From Thermoplasmatota archaeon (GTDB taxonomy: Archaea > Thermoplasmatota > Penumbrarchaeia > Penumbrarchaeales > Penumbrarchaeaceae), in NCBI GenBank assembly GCA_049472215.1, contig JBLIRH010000002.1, positions 23,815 through 87,814 on the forward strand: DNA of 64,000 nt. The letters run 5' to 3'. Below, piece by piece: positions 28,081 through 36,696 of this stretch (positions within the stretch are counted from its first letter, which is position 1; every line of letters starts with the position of its first letter). Below the pieces are notes generated by a model that saw nothing but the letters and a program-made list of their open reading frames with translations, was not told the DNA's origin and did not search any database. Position numbers and translations under genes: made by a program.

Positions 28081-28100
28081 AGGAGGCCGGAAGGCCTCCT
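28081..28100. terminator. Perfect 8-bp GC-rich hairpin flanked by an A10/T10 tract between convergent genes
   Basis: AGGAGGCC-GGAA-GGCCTCCT at 28081-28100. It is preceded on the plus strand by A10 (28071-80), which gives hairpin + U10 on the minus-strand transcript, and followed by CCTTTATT. Confidence 0.45.
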
Positions 28101-28120
28101 CATCCTTTATTGCGTTCTCC

Positions 28121-30076
28121 CTACTGGAAGCTTACACCGCAGCTCGGGCAGGATGCAGCATCCTCTTCTATGACCGCACTGCAGTTTGGACATTCCAAAG
28201 CCAGTTCGAACTCCGCACCGCAGTTGCTGCACCTCGAATCGTAGGGTCCGAGGGGGGCGCTGCACTCGGGACAGACGTCGCCGATCTCCTCCTCTGTCCG
28301 CTCCATTTCGTCAATGAGAAGCTCGAGGTCCTGGACCTCCTGCATCTCGGATTCCTCGGGAAGCCCCATGAGGTCCTTTGATGCGGCGGGAAAGGCCGAT
28401 TCCTCGATCTCGTCCATCAGGTCTTCATCGAACTCGTCCTCGAGGTCTTCCTCGTATTCTTCTGCAAGCGACGGAGCCATCTCCGGCACCATAGGTGCTT
28501 CCAGGGGTCCTTCATCGAACTCCTCGGGTGGCTGCGGGGCAAGTTCCTCCGGTATCTCCTCCTCTGCTTCGCCTCCGCGCATGACATAGAACACCACGGC
28601 CCCCACTATCGCGAGGATCACCACGATGATCAGTATTATCATCCAGACCGGAGGTCCGTCGGTCCCCTCGCTCTCGGTGACCTCTATCGTGATCTGTGAC
28701 TGGTCCGTTCCACCTTCACCGTCGGTGACGACCACTGTGAACGTATACGTGCCCGGTTCGAAATCGCCGAGGTCAACGATCACGGTCGATGTGCTGCCCG
28801 TCCATCCGGTGTTCGGGGTGACGGACCACGCATACGCAAGAGTGTCGCTGTCGGCATCGGATGCAGCCACCGTGAATTCAAGGTCCTTGTTCTTTGGTAT
28901 CCTTGTGGCAGAGGGTGAGATGTCATGAATGACAGGATGATGGTTCGTCACACCGGAATCGTACGGGTCAGTATCCTGGTCGTTCGGAATACCGTCACCG
29001 TCAATGTCCCCGTCGTTGTCCGTGAAGAGACCGTCACCGTCGATATCCAGCTCCACAACTTCGCCCATCGTTGGCGGAAGTTGTCCTGAGTAAGCAAGCT
29101 GCGAAGCCAAAATGGTCACCCAATCGGAGCTGGGTTGCCCGGGATCGATCGTACCCGTGATGTACTTGACCATGTCAAGGGTGAACTGTCCGCCGCCGCT
29201 GCCGATCGCCCTTATCACGGGATTCACTATCGTGGCATCCAGAGGGGCCTCGATAACGGCAACTATGGATCCGCCGGAGGATCTATATTTAACGCCATGG
29301 TCGGATGTTTTGAAGTCAGAAGCTCTTGTTCCGGAACCGAACAGCATCGAGCCCCCGTATTCAATATCGAGATCGGCGTTGGTGCCTGTGAGCTCGAAGA
29401 GATAGAACTCGAAATCGGCATCGATCACGAGATATGGATACGGAAACGGAGCGACGGAGTACCTGTTCGATGGACCGACGGTCTCCGTCTGTTCGTCGGA
29501 TACCTGAAGATTGATCGCCTCCGTCCCCATCTTTACGCCGGGGGTCGTCGGGGCGTTGAAATCAAGTGTTATCGTTATCCCTTCGCTGATACCGAGGTTC
29601 TCGTTATGGTCGAGGGCATCATCGATGTTTCCAGCAACATCGTACTGGGCGGAACCTCCGAAGACCCTGCCGGGCAGATCGTCCCTGGCATAGACCTTCG
29701 CAACATCCTCGCTTGTCTTGGAAAAGTCCCATTCATGTGTGAAAAGGGGGTCGAACCACTCAGCTGTGGCATTCAGGACCTCGCCGCCCGGGATGGTGAT
29801 GTAGACCGTGTCAATATCATTATCCTGGTCGTTGTTCGTTACCGTGAAATCGAGGCTGGCCTCCTGACCGGCACCGAATATCAGCAGGTCAGAAGGGAAC
29901 TCGGGAATGGCAAGGTGCCCCTGGTTCCTCTCCATCACCACGGTGAAATCGTCCTGACCGAAATCGTGACCTACCGTGCCGTGGGGCCTGTCAAGATATG
30001 CAACCGCCCCGAAGGCGGCAAAGAACAGCACCGCGGCAATGCCGACGATCAGCTTCTCCCTAAGTTTCCCATCCAT
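28121..30076 (-). CDS. Surface protein: Ca-binding DxDxDG repeats + PKD domain, TM, acidic cytoplasmic tail ending in a double zinc ribbon
   Basis: DIDGDGLFTDNDGDIDGDGIPNDQDTDPYD. PKD-like LAYAWSV...GTYTFTVVVTDGEGGTDQSQITIEV. TM VWMIILIIVVILAIVGAVVFYV. The tail is E/D-rich and ends CPECSAPLGPYDSRCSNCG...CPNCSAVIEEDAASCPSCG. Confidence 0.75.
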   Translation of the reverse strand: MDGKLREKLIVGIAAVLFFAAFGAVAYLDRPHGTVGHDFGQDDFTVVMERNQGHLAIPEFPSDLLIFGAGQEASLDFTVTNNDQDNDIDTVYITIPGGEVLNATAEWFDPLFTHEWDFSKTSEDVAKVYARDDLPGRVFGGSAQYDVAGNIDDALDHNENLGISEGITITLDFNAPTTPGVKMGTEAINLQVSDEQTETVGPSNRYSVAPFPYPYLVIDADFEFYLFELTGTNADLDIEYGGSMLFGSGTRASDFKTSDHGVKYRSSGGSIVAVIEAPLDATIVNPVIRAIGSGGGQFTLDMVKYITGTIDPGQPSSDWVTILASQLAYSGQLPPTMGEVVELDIDGDGLFTDNDGDIDGDGIPNDQDTDPYDSGVTNHHPVIHDISPSATRIPKNKDLEFTVAASDADSDTLAYAWSVTPNTGWTGSTSTVIVDLGDFEPGTYTFTVVVTDGEGGTDQSQITIEVTESEGTDGPPVWMIILIIVVILAIVGAVVFYVMRGGEAEEEIPEELAPQPPEEFDEGPLEAPMVPEMAPSLAEEYEEDLEDEFDEDLMDEIEESAFPAASKDLMGLPEESEMQEVQDLELLIDEMERTEEEIGDVCPECSAPLGPYDSRCSNCGAEFELALECPNCSAVIEEDAASCPSCGVSFQ

Positions 30077-30244
30077 CGAAACTTCTCCTTTGCGAGGTCG
30101 TCCTTGTATCTATGTATAGTATACTCTCGGACGACGGCCTATTCACAGGAGGTATAAAAAACCTTTCCATTCCATTATCACCAGGAAGCAATCACTGGAT
30201 AACAACCCTGTGATAGTTCTGTGATATTTCTGGCCCCCGGTATC

Positions 30245-30499
30245 CTAAGCGCCCTGGAGTATGAAATATACCTTCCTGATAACGATGAACGTGAATATGA
30301 ACAGGAAGGTGTAGATGAAGAAGTTCACCCTGTCCTTCAGGGGTTTGGACGTGTAGGCATCCGTCAGCTCCCTGAGAACGAGAATGCCAAGAAGGATGAG
30401 GACGAAGAAGACCTCCAGGGATTCAACGAAAACAAGGCAGATCGAGGTCCATACCGCAAGTGCGAGAACAAGCTTGGATTCAGGCCGCAGGTTCACCAC
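30245..30499 (-). CDS. Small two-TM membrane protein (84 aa), start inferred
   Basis: GTG GTG at 30499/30496 overlaps the upstream TGA (GTGA). The hydrophobic body is LVLALAVWTSICLVFVESLEVFFVLILLGILVL...FFIYTFLFIFTFIVI. The longer 137-aa ORF overlaps the upstream gene. Confidence 0.4.
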   Translation of the reverse strand: MVNLRPESKLVLALAVWTSICLVFVESLEVFFVLILLGILVLRELTDAYTSKPLKDRVNFFIYTFLFIFTFIVIRKVYFILQGA

Positions 30500-31284
30500 C
30501 TCTCCAGTTTGTAGGTCACTTTGCCGTCTTTGTGTTCGACCGATGCGATCCGCAAAGGACTCCTTGAGATCCTCGCCGAGGCCGAAAGCACGGCCGAGCA
30601 GCCCGGACAACCCACGGTCGCATGAAGCCTTTCGTCCTCCTTCCACGCTTCCTCGCATACTTCCCTGAACCGTGAATGGGTTATCTCGATGAAGATGTCG
30701 ACACCCTTGGTCCTTGCCGAGATCGACCCGATGAGACCCGTCCCCTTCGACAGCCTTTCGAGGGTCTCGTTCAGATCTGACAGGTTCTCTTCCGAGAACC
30801 TCTTTCCGGAATCCTTCTCGATCCGGTCGACCATTCCGGAGCCAGGCGGGATCATTGAAACTCCCATGGACGATCCCGTGGTCCCGACGATGAGGACCTG
30901 TTCCGAGACCAGTTTTGGAAGGGGAAGGGGGCGCTCCTCGGCAGGTATGTAGACCCTCTCCTGCTTGAGCCTCCCCCCGACCGGTATGTAGATGCCGTTG
31001 CCTTTCAGCTCGAGCGACCCTAGCAGCCTCCCCATGTTCCTGTCCTGATCTAAAAGCAGAGGGTCGACCATTTCCTTGGGAACTGTCCTGAACGAGAACA
31101 GAAAGAGCATCAGGATCCCGATCAGGAAAGTACCGAACCCAGCCCTTAGAACGAATTCGGCCGCCTTGTCAGCGATGCCAATGTCGGCGAAGGGAACGAT
31201 CTTACCGGATATCAGGACCATGGCGAGGCCCGACAAGGCTAGCGCGATGCCGCCCAACCTCAGCAGGACCTCTTTCTTGTCCAT
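30493..31284 (-). CDS. Membrane protein (2 N-terminal TMs + soluble domain), function unknown
   Basis: LLRLGGIALALSGLAMVLISG and FGTFLIGILMLFLFSF, followed by a ~190-aa soluble domain with a CPGC motif. Confidence 0.55.
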   Translation of the reverse strand: MDKKEVLLRLGGIALALSGLAMVLISGKIVPFADIGIADKAAEFVLRAGFGTFLIGILMLFLFSFRTVPKEMVDPLLLDQDRNMGRLLGSLELKGNGIYIPVGGRLKQERVYIPAEERPLPLPKLVSEQVLIVGTTGSSMGVSMIPPGSGMVDRIEKDSGKRFSEENLSDLNETLERLSKGTGLIGSISARTKGVDIFIEITHSRFREVCEEAWKEDERLHATVGCPGCSAVLSASARISRSPLRIASVEHKDGKVTYKLERW

Positions 31285-31415
31285 CGACCCAACTATGCCC
31301 TTGCTGTAGATAAACGTGTCGAAACCTTTATGTCAGGAGATAATCTCACCTTTCAATTAGAAAGCCAGCTTCCCGGGTAGTTGACGGGATACGTGCTGGT
31401 GGGTCTGGTGCCGGA

Positions 31416-32531
31416 ATGATAGAACAGGTCAGGACCGCATACAGGTACCTACTGGTGATGGGTGCAGGACTGGTCCTCCTGATGTTCTCCGTAATGGTAC
31501 CTGTTCTTTCCTCGGATGCCGATTTCTCGATCTACAACACCGGCTGGAACGGTTGCTCCGAGATCGGAAGGGACACCTATTCCACCGGGTCCTTCATACC
31601 GACCATAGACCTGTCAGCCTCCTCTAGTGAGAGGGTCGTCCACAACTCATTTTCGGAACTCGAGGGAGGCCTGAGACCTTCACGTTCGGCACTGCTGATA
31701 ATCGGTCCCGACGGATCTTTCTCGAAGGAGGAAGGGAAGTTCGCCGATTCGTTCCTCAACGACGGGGGCTTGATCCTCCTGGCGGATGATATCGGAACCG
31801 GGAACGAGCTGCTCTCCTACCTCAACACCTCCACAAGGATATCCGAGAGGACCCTTCTCGATCTGTCATTCATGAAGAGCAGCAAGTTCTCCGTGACAAC
31901 GGAGTTCTCCGACCACGATATCACGAGGAACCTGACCATGCTCCTGATGAACCTGCCCTCAACGGTAATACCATCCGAGAGGGCATTCCCGGTCGTGAAT
32001 TCTTCCAGGACATCATGGCTGAGCCTTGACGGGGACGGTATCTGGGACGAAGGGGAGCCACTGGGACCTTTTCCATTGTTGACGATCGAGAGGTACGGAA
32101 GGGGGACGCTTATCGTTCTCTCGGAGCCAAGCCTTCTCATCAATCAGATGCGCGGCGAAATGGACAACGGGATCTTCGTCGGCAACCTCATCGAATTCAT
32201 CTCACGGGACAGGGAGAACATCATTGTGGACGAATCCCACAGGGACCTCACGAACCCGGTCCAGTTCACGAACTCGTTCGTGGCGGGTATGGACCCGTAC
32301 CAGAAAGTCGGGGTCCTGGTAGCGATCTCAGTGATCTTCATGATCCTGAACACATCCTATCCGAGAACGGTCCTCGGATCGCTTCGAAGGCTCATCGACA
32401 GGCTTCTATCGGAGAAGAGGGTTGTGCCTGGTGAACAAAGGCCTCCCATTGAGGCTGTCATGGAAGCACATCCGGACTGGGACCGAAGGGTGCTGGAGAG
32501 ATTGATCAAGGACATCGAGGGAGCTACATGA
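31416..32531 (+). CDS. DUF4350-like membrane-anchored protein (MoxR-associated)
   Basis: N-terminal TM, an ectodomain with LLIIGPD...GGLILLADD...GTLIVLSEPSLLIN, and a C-terminal TM. ATGA overlap with the MoxR gene. Confidence 0.6.
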   Translation: MIEQVRTAYRYLLVMGAGLVLLMFSVMVPVLSSDADFSIYNTGWNGCSEIGRDTYSTGSFIPTIDLSASSSERVVHNSFSELEGGLRPSRSALLIIGPDGSFSKEEGKFADSFLNDGGLILLADDIGTGNELLSYLNTSTRISERTLLDLSFMKSSKFSVTTEFSDHDITRNLTMLLMNLPSTVIPSERAFPVVNSSRTSWLSLDGDGIWDEGEPLGPFPLLTIERYGRGTLIVLSEPSLLINQMRGEMDNGIFVGNLIEFISRDRENIIVDESHRDLTNPVQFTNSFVAGMDPYQKVGVLVAISVIFMILNTSYPRTVLGSLRRLIDRLLSEKRVVPGEQRPPIEAVMEAHPDWDRRVLERLIKDIEGAT

Positions 32532-33475
32532 GCACGGCTTCGCAGGAACTATACACAAAGGTCAGAGATGAGACATCAAAGGTCATCATCGGTTATGAGG
32601 ACATAATCGAGGACTTCCTGATCTGTCTATCGGCAGGGGGGCATATTCTACTGGAGGGTGTCCCGGGGATCTCCAAGACGACGCTTGCGAAGACCCTTTC
32701 CGACGTGGTCGGCCTCTCCTTCAAGAGGATACAGTTCACCCAGGACCTCCTTCCCGCGGACATTACCGGCCATTATTTCTACAACCAGAAGGAGCAGGAG
32801 TTCCAGTTCAGGAAGGGCCCCATATTCGCCAATGTCATCCTGGCGGACGAGATCAACAGGGCCCCGACCAAGACGCAGTCCGCACTCCTGGAAGCTATGG
32901 AGGAGAAGCAGGTTACGGTTGAAGGTACAACCTTCAAGCTCCAGGAGCCTTTTCTCGTGATGGCGACCATAAACCCGGTCGAACATGAGGGGGTCTACAC
33001 GCTGCCCGAGGCCCAGCTCGATCGTTTCATGATGAAGGGAATCATGGATTACCTACCGATGGAAAAAGAGCTGAAGCTCCTCGAGTTGAAGAACAAGGAA
33101 TGGAGGAGGCAGAACCACAGGCCCCTGAACGAGGATGTATTCAACATCCTTATCAGCGAGGTCCATTCCTGCAGAGCAGACGCGACGATCCTGGCCTATA
33201 TAAGGGATATTGTGAGGGAGACAAGGCTGGACGAACAGATCATACTCGGAGCCAGTCCGAGGGCGGGGGAGCAGATCCTATACGCTTCAAAGGCTGCCTC
33301 CGTCCTTTCCGGAAGGAACTACGTGATCCCCGACGATGTGAAGAAAGTTGTCAGAAAGATGATCCCGCACAGATTGACACTTTCCCTCGACAGCGAGCTC
33401 GAGGGTATATCGTCGGCCAAGGTCACGGAGGATATTCTTTCAAGGGTCGAGGTCGTGAAGCCCCAGGGGGCCTGA
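32528..33475 (+). CDS. MoxR-family AAA+ ATPase
   Basis: HILLEGVPGISKTTLAKTL (Walker A), VILADEINRAPTKTQSALLEAMEE (Walker B/sensor), ATINPVEHEGVYTLPEAQLDRF. Confidence 0.9.
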   Translation: MSTASQELYTKVRDETSKVIIGYEDIIEDFLICLSAGGHILLEGVPGISKTTLAKTLSDVVGLSFKRIQFTQDLLPADITGHYFYNQKEQEFQFRKGPIFANVILADEINRAPTKTQSALLEAMEEKQVTVEGTTFKLQEPFLVMATINPVEHEGVYTLPEAQLDRFMMKGIMDYLPMEKELKLLELKNKEWRRQNHRPLNEDVFNILISEVHSCRADATILAYIRDIVRETRLDEQIILGASPRAGEQILYASKAASVLSGRNYVIPDDVKKVVRKMIPHRLTLSLDSELEGISSAKVTEDILSRVEVVKPQGA

Positions 33476-33491
33476 AAGAAGGTGATGTGAG

Positions 33492-34841
33492 ATGGGTTCT
33501 CCGTTCCTTGCTTATGATATCAGGGGAAAGGTGGGGGAAGATATCACCGAGGAGATGGTCTACTCCATCGGCCTTGCCTACTGCGAGCTCTTCGGAACCA
33601 GGAAGGTGGTGTTGGGGAGGGACATCCGGCCCTCCTCTACCAAGCTGTCCGAGGTTCTCTCCGAAGGGCTTTCCGATGGCGGAGCGGATGTTCTCGATAT
33701 CGGCCTCTGCGGGACCGAGGTGGTGTATTTTGCCACCCCGCACCTTGATGCCGACGGCGGAATAATGATCACGGCATCCCACAATCCCAGAGGATACAAC
33801 GGGATGAAGATGGTGAAGAGGGGATCGGTCCCGATATCAAAGGACAACGGGCTCCATACCATCAAGGACATGGTAGAGAAAGGAGGACTCGGCAAGAGCG
33901 GTTCCCAAGGCTCCGTCAGAGAGGTCGACATATGGGAGCCGTATACCGGGAAGGTGCTGTCGTTCCTGAAGGACAAGGGGTCCCTGGAGGGCTTCAAGGT
34001 CGTGACCGACCCGGGCCATGGATGTGCCGGCCCCGCCCTCGACCTCGTTGCAGAGGAGACGGGATTGGTCCTCGACAGGCTGCATCACGAGCCGAACGGG
34101 ACCTTTCCGGCAGGGGTTCCGAACCCGATCCTGCCCGAGATGAGGGGGCCGATCTCGGAAAGGGTCGGAAGCACGGATGCGGGGCTGGGAGTGGCCTGGG
34201 ACGGCGATTACGACAGGTGCTTTCTTTTCGACGAGAACGGCGGTTTCACCGAGGGGTATTACATCGTCGGCCTGCTTGCCCGGAAGATGCTCGAGAGGGA
34301 GAAGGGAGGCAGGATCATTCACGATCCGAGGTTGACCTGGAACACCATCGAGATAGTCAACGAGATGGGGGGGGTTCCGGTCATGAACAAGACCGGACAT
34401 GCTTTTATTAAGGACCGGATGAGGCTGGAGGACGCCGTGTACGGCGGCGAGATGTCCGCTCATCATTATTTCAGGGATTTCTACTACTGCGATACCGGAA
34501 TGATCCCCTGGTTGATCGTTCTGGAGCATATGATCGAGACCGGAAAGGAACTTTCCGAGCTTATCGGGGAGAGGATGAGGAGGTATCCCGTAAGCGGTGA
34601 GATCAACAGGAAGGTGTCCGATCAGAAGGCCGTCATTTCGACCATCGAGGAGAAATACTCGCCGGATGCAGCGAACGTCGACCATACCGACGGCGTATCG
34701 GTGGAATACGAACATTACAGGTTCAATCTCAGGTCCTCGAACACGGAGCCCCTGATCAGACTGAATGTCGAAACAAGAGGGGATAAAAAGCTTCTTGACG
34801 AGAAGACGCGGGAGCTTCTCGACCTTATCGACAGTATGTGA
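33492..34841 (+). CDS. Phosphomannomutase/phosphoglucomutase
   Basis: Active-site loop ITASHNPRGYNGMKM, metal loop AWDGDYDRC, C-terminal RSSNTEP. AAGGTGATG SD upstream. Confidence 0.9.
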   Translation: MGSPFLAYDIRGKVGEDITEEMVYSIGLAYCELFGTRKVVLGRDIRPSSTKLSEVLSEGLSDGGADVLDIGLCGTEVVYFATPHLDADGGIMITASHNPRGYNGMKMVKRGSVPISKDNGLHTIKDMVEKGGLGKSGSQGSVREVDIWEPYTGKVLSFLKDKGSLEGFKVVTDPGHGCAGPALDLVAEETGLVLDRLHHEPNGTFPAGVPNPILPEMRGPISERVGSTDAGLGVAWDGDYDRCFLFDENGGFTEGYYIVGLLARKMLEREKGGRIIHDPRLTWNTIEIVNEMGGVPVMNKTGHAFIKDRMRLEDAVYGGEMSAHHYFRDFYYCDTGMIPWLIVLEHMIETGKELSELIGERMRRYPVSGEINRKVSDQKAVISTIEEKYSPDAANVDHTDGVSVEYEHYRFNLRSSNTEPLIRLNVETRGDKKLLDEKTRELLDLIDSM

Positions 34842-35671
34842 AGAGGGTTCGAATGGAGAAGTTCAGGCTACTTGTTGATGAAACGGCGACCCCCTCCGAG
34901 AACATGGCAAGGGACGAGGCACTACTTAGAAGGGTGATAGCGAAGGAGTCCATGCCATGCATCCGTTTTTATCAATGGAGGCCTGCCGGACTTTCACTTG
35001 GGAGGTTCCAGAGCATCGAGAAGGGGGTCGATCTCGAGGCTTGTAATAGGTACGGGGTGGAGGTCGTGAGGAGATTGACAGGGGGGGAGGCGGTCCTGCA
35101 TGACGACGAGATCACCTATTCCATTATCGTTCCGGTGACGCATCCGAAGTTCGACGGCAAGGGGGTGGTGGACACCTACAGGACGATATCAAGGGCGCTG
35201 GTGAAGGGACTTCAGCTGACCGGGGTCGAATCCACCATGGCAGGGAGTGCCCCGACCCGTCCCGATCCTGCGGGGCAGGGGGTCTGCTTCTATACACCGA
35301 CGGTCTACGAGATAGTGGCCAAGGGGAAGAAGATCATAGGTTCCGCACAAACGAGGGAGAAACTTATCATCCTACAGCACGGATCGATCCCCATCGATTG
35401 GGATATCGACAAGCAGCTCGATGTGATGGGGATCCCCTCCGGGAACCGGGAGGTCTTCAGGGATCTCTTTACGACGAGGGCAACAACAATATCGGAACAG
35501 CTGGGGGGACGGCCGGGGTTCTATGACCTGGTCAAGAACTTCTCGAAGGGGTTCGAGGAGGTCTTCGATATGGAGCTGGAGCCGTCGGATTATTCCATGC
35601 AGGAGAGGAAGATGGCGGATTGGCTGGTGGAGAAGAAATACGCCAACGATGAATGGAACCTAAAGTTGTAG
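34838..35671 (+). CDS. Lipoate-protein ligase/octanoyltransferase family protein (LplA catalytic domain)
   Basis: ENMARDEALL...IRFYQWRPAGLSLGRFQ...RRLTGGEAVLHDDEITYS...KKIIGSAQ. The GTG start overlaps the upstream stop. ATG 34853 (MEKFRLL) is an alternative. Confidence 0.8.
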   Translation: MKRVRMEKFRLLVDETATPSENMARDEALLRRVIAKESMPCIRFYQWRPAGLSLGRFQSIEKGVDLEACNRYGVEVVRRLTGGEAVLHDDEITYSIIVPVTHPKFDGKGVVDTYRTISRALVKGLQLTGVESTMAGSAPTRPDPAGQGVCFYTPTVYEIVAKGKKIIGSAQTREKLIILQHGSIPIDWDIDKQLDVMGIPSGNREVFRDLFTTRATTISEQLGGRPGFYDLVKNFSKGFEEVFDMELEPSDYSMQERKMADWLVEKKYANDEWNLKL

Positions 35672-36247
35672 CCCCTCGTCAATTTCCTGGAAGGTTTCAC
35701 CATCCAAACAACGTAACGAGAGCAACTCGGGTTCTGATGCAATAGCAATTCCCTTGTATCCTTTCTTCCTCCTTTTTCTGATAACAAGGAAAATGATCAG
35801 GATAATTACTGCAGAATGGAAGATAATGAATATCCAGAATGCGTCCTTTTCCCCATATTGTGTTAATTTGATCTTGTAATCCAGTCGGTCCAACGGGAAG
35901 AACTCGTTATCATTGACGACAACGATATAGCTCCTCCCCTTTGGGAGGTCCACATAGGTTTTAATGGATGATATATCATTGAAGCTCTTCTCGGGTTTGA
36001 AAAGGGCCCTATTAATGAAATTATAATATTCATCCTCTTTGAAGATGTAAATATCCATATTCTCATTCGAATCTATTCTGATGTATATCCTGTTGAATAT
36101 CCACGTCTTGAACGAATATTCCTTGTATGTCCCGATCCGAGACTCCTCATCCAGTACCTTTCTTGCGGAAATGGGGTGAGGGAGGAAAATGATGATCAAC
36201 AAAAGGACCAATGTTACTATAGCAAAGATCTTCCTTTGCATCCTCAT
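35660..36247 (-). CDS. Type-I membrane protein, function unknown (AT-rich gene)
   Basis: Signal/anchor IFAIVTLVLLLIIIFL, a ~120-aa N/Y/I/K-rich ectodomain, and a second TM FWIFIIFHSAVIILIIFLVI followed by RKRRKK. Its composition differs clearly from the neighbouring genes. Confidence 0.45.
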   Translation of the reverse strand: MRMQRKIFAIVTLVLLLIIIFLPHPISARKVLDEESRIGTYKEYSFKTWIFNRIYIRIDSNENMDIYIFKEDEYYNFINRALFKPEKSFNDISSIKTYVDLPKGRSYIVVVNDNEFFPLDRLDYKIKLTQYGEKDAFWIFIIFHSAVIILIIFLVIRKRRKKGYKGIAIASEPELLSLRCLDGETFQEIDEGLQL

Positions 36248-36331
36248 CAGATGATATTTCCATTCCCGATAATAAATACCTTATTCGTTCATGAAAGAAA
36301 GAAAATGGAAGATGGGGACAAAATATCTCGA

Positions 36332-36562
36332 TCATCCTTTCCTTATCAGGAGGACATCCCTGGCCAGCTTTTCAGGATGGTCCTCGACCTTCGATAGATA
36401 TTTTTCGATGTGCTTTTCATCTTCTATCTGAAAGTCGAAGGACGATCTGCATTTGCCGCAGGTGAATATTATCTTCAGCATGTCCTGCCCAATATCGTGG
36501 TTCATCTCTTTTATTTCCATTAGCTCGTTGTAACTGCAGATCGGACAGGGGCCGGTAAGCAT
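36332..36562 (-). CDS. Small zinc-ribbon protein, function unknown
   Basis: MLTGPCPICSYNE...FTCGKCRSSFDF. ATG 36562 is preceded by AAGGTGAT. The track's TTG start at 36640 is less likely. Confidence 0.45.
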   Translation of the reverse strand: MLTGPCPICSYNELMEIKEMNHDIGQDMLKIIFTCGKCRSSFDFQIEDEKHIEKYLSKVEDHPEKLARDVLLIRKG

Positions 36563-36696
36563 CTTCAAGATATCACCTTTCAAATTCCAAATGGATATTG
36601 GATAATAAGGATTTCCGCTAAAATTTTGATCACGGACCAAGAATGTTCTCTGTCTTGCTAGGGTGGAGGTCGGTCATCCATCATCATTCCAGGAGG

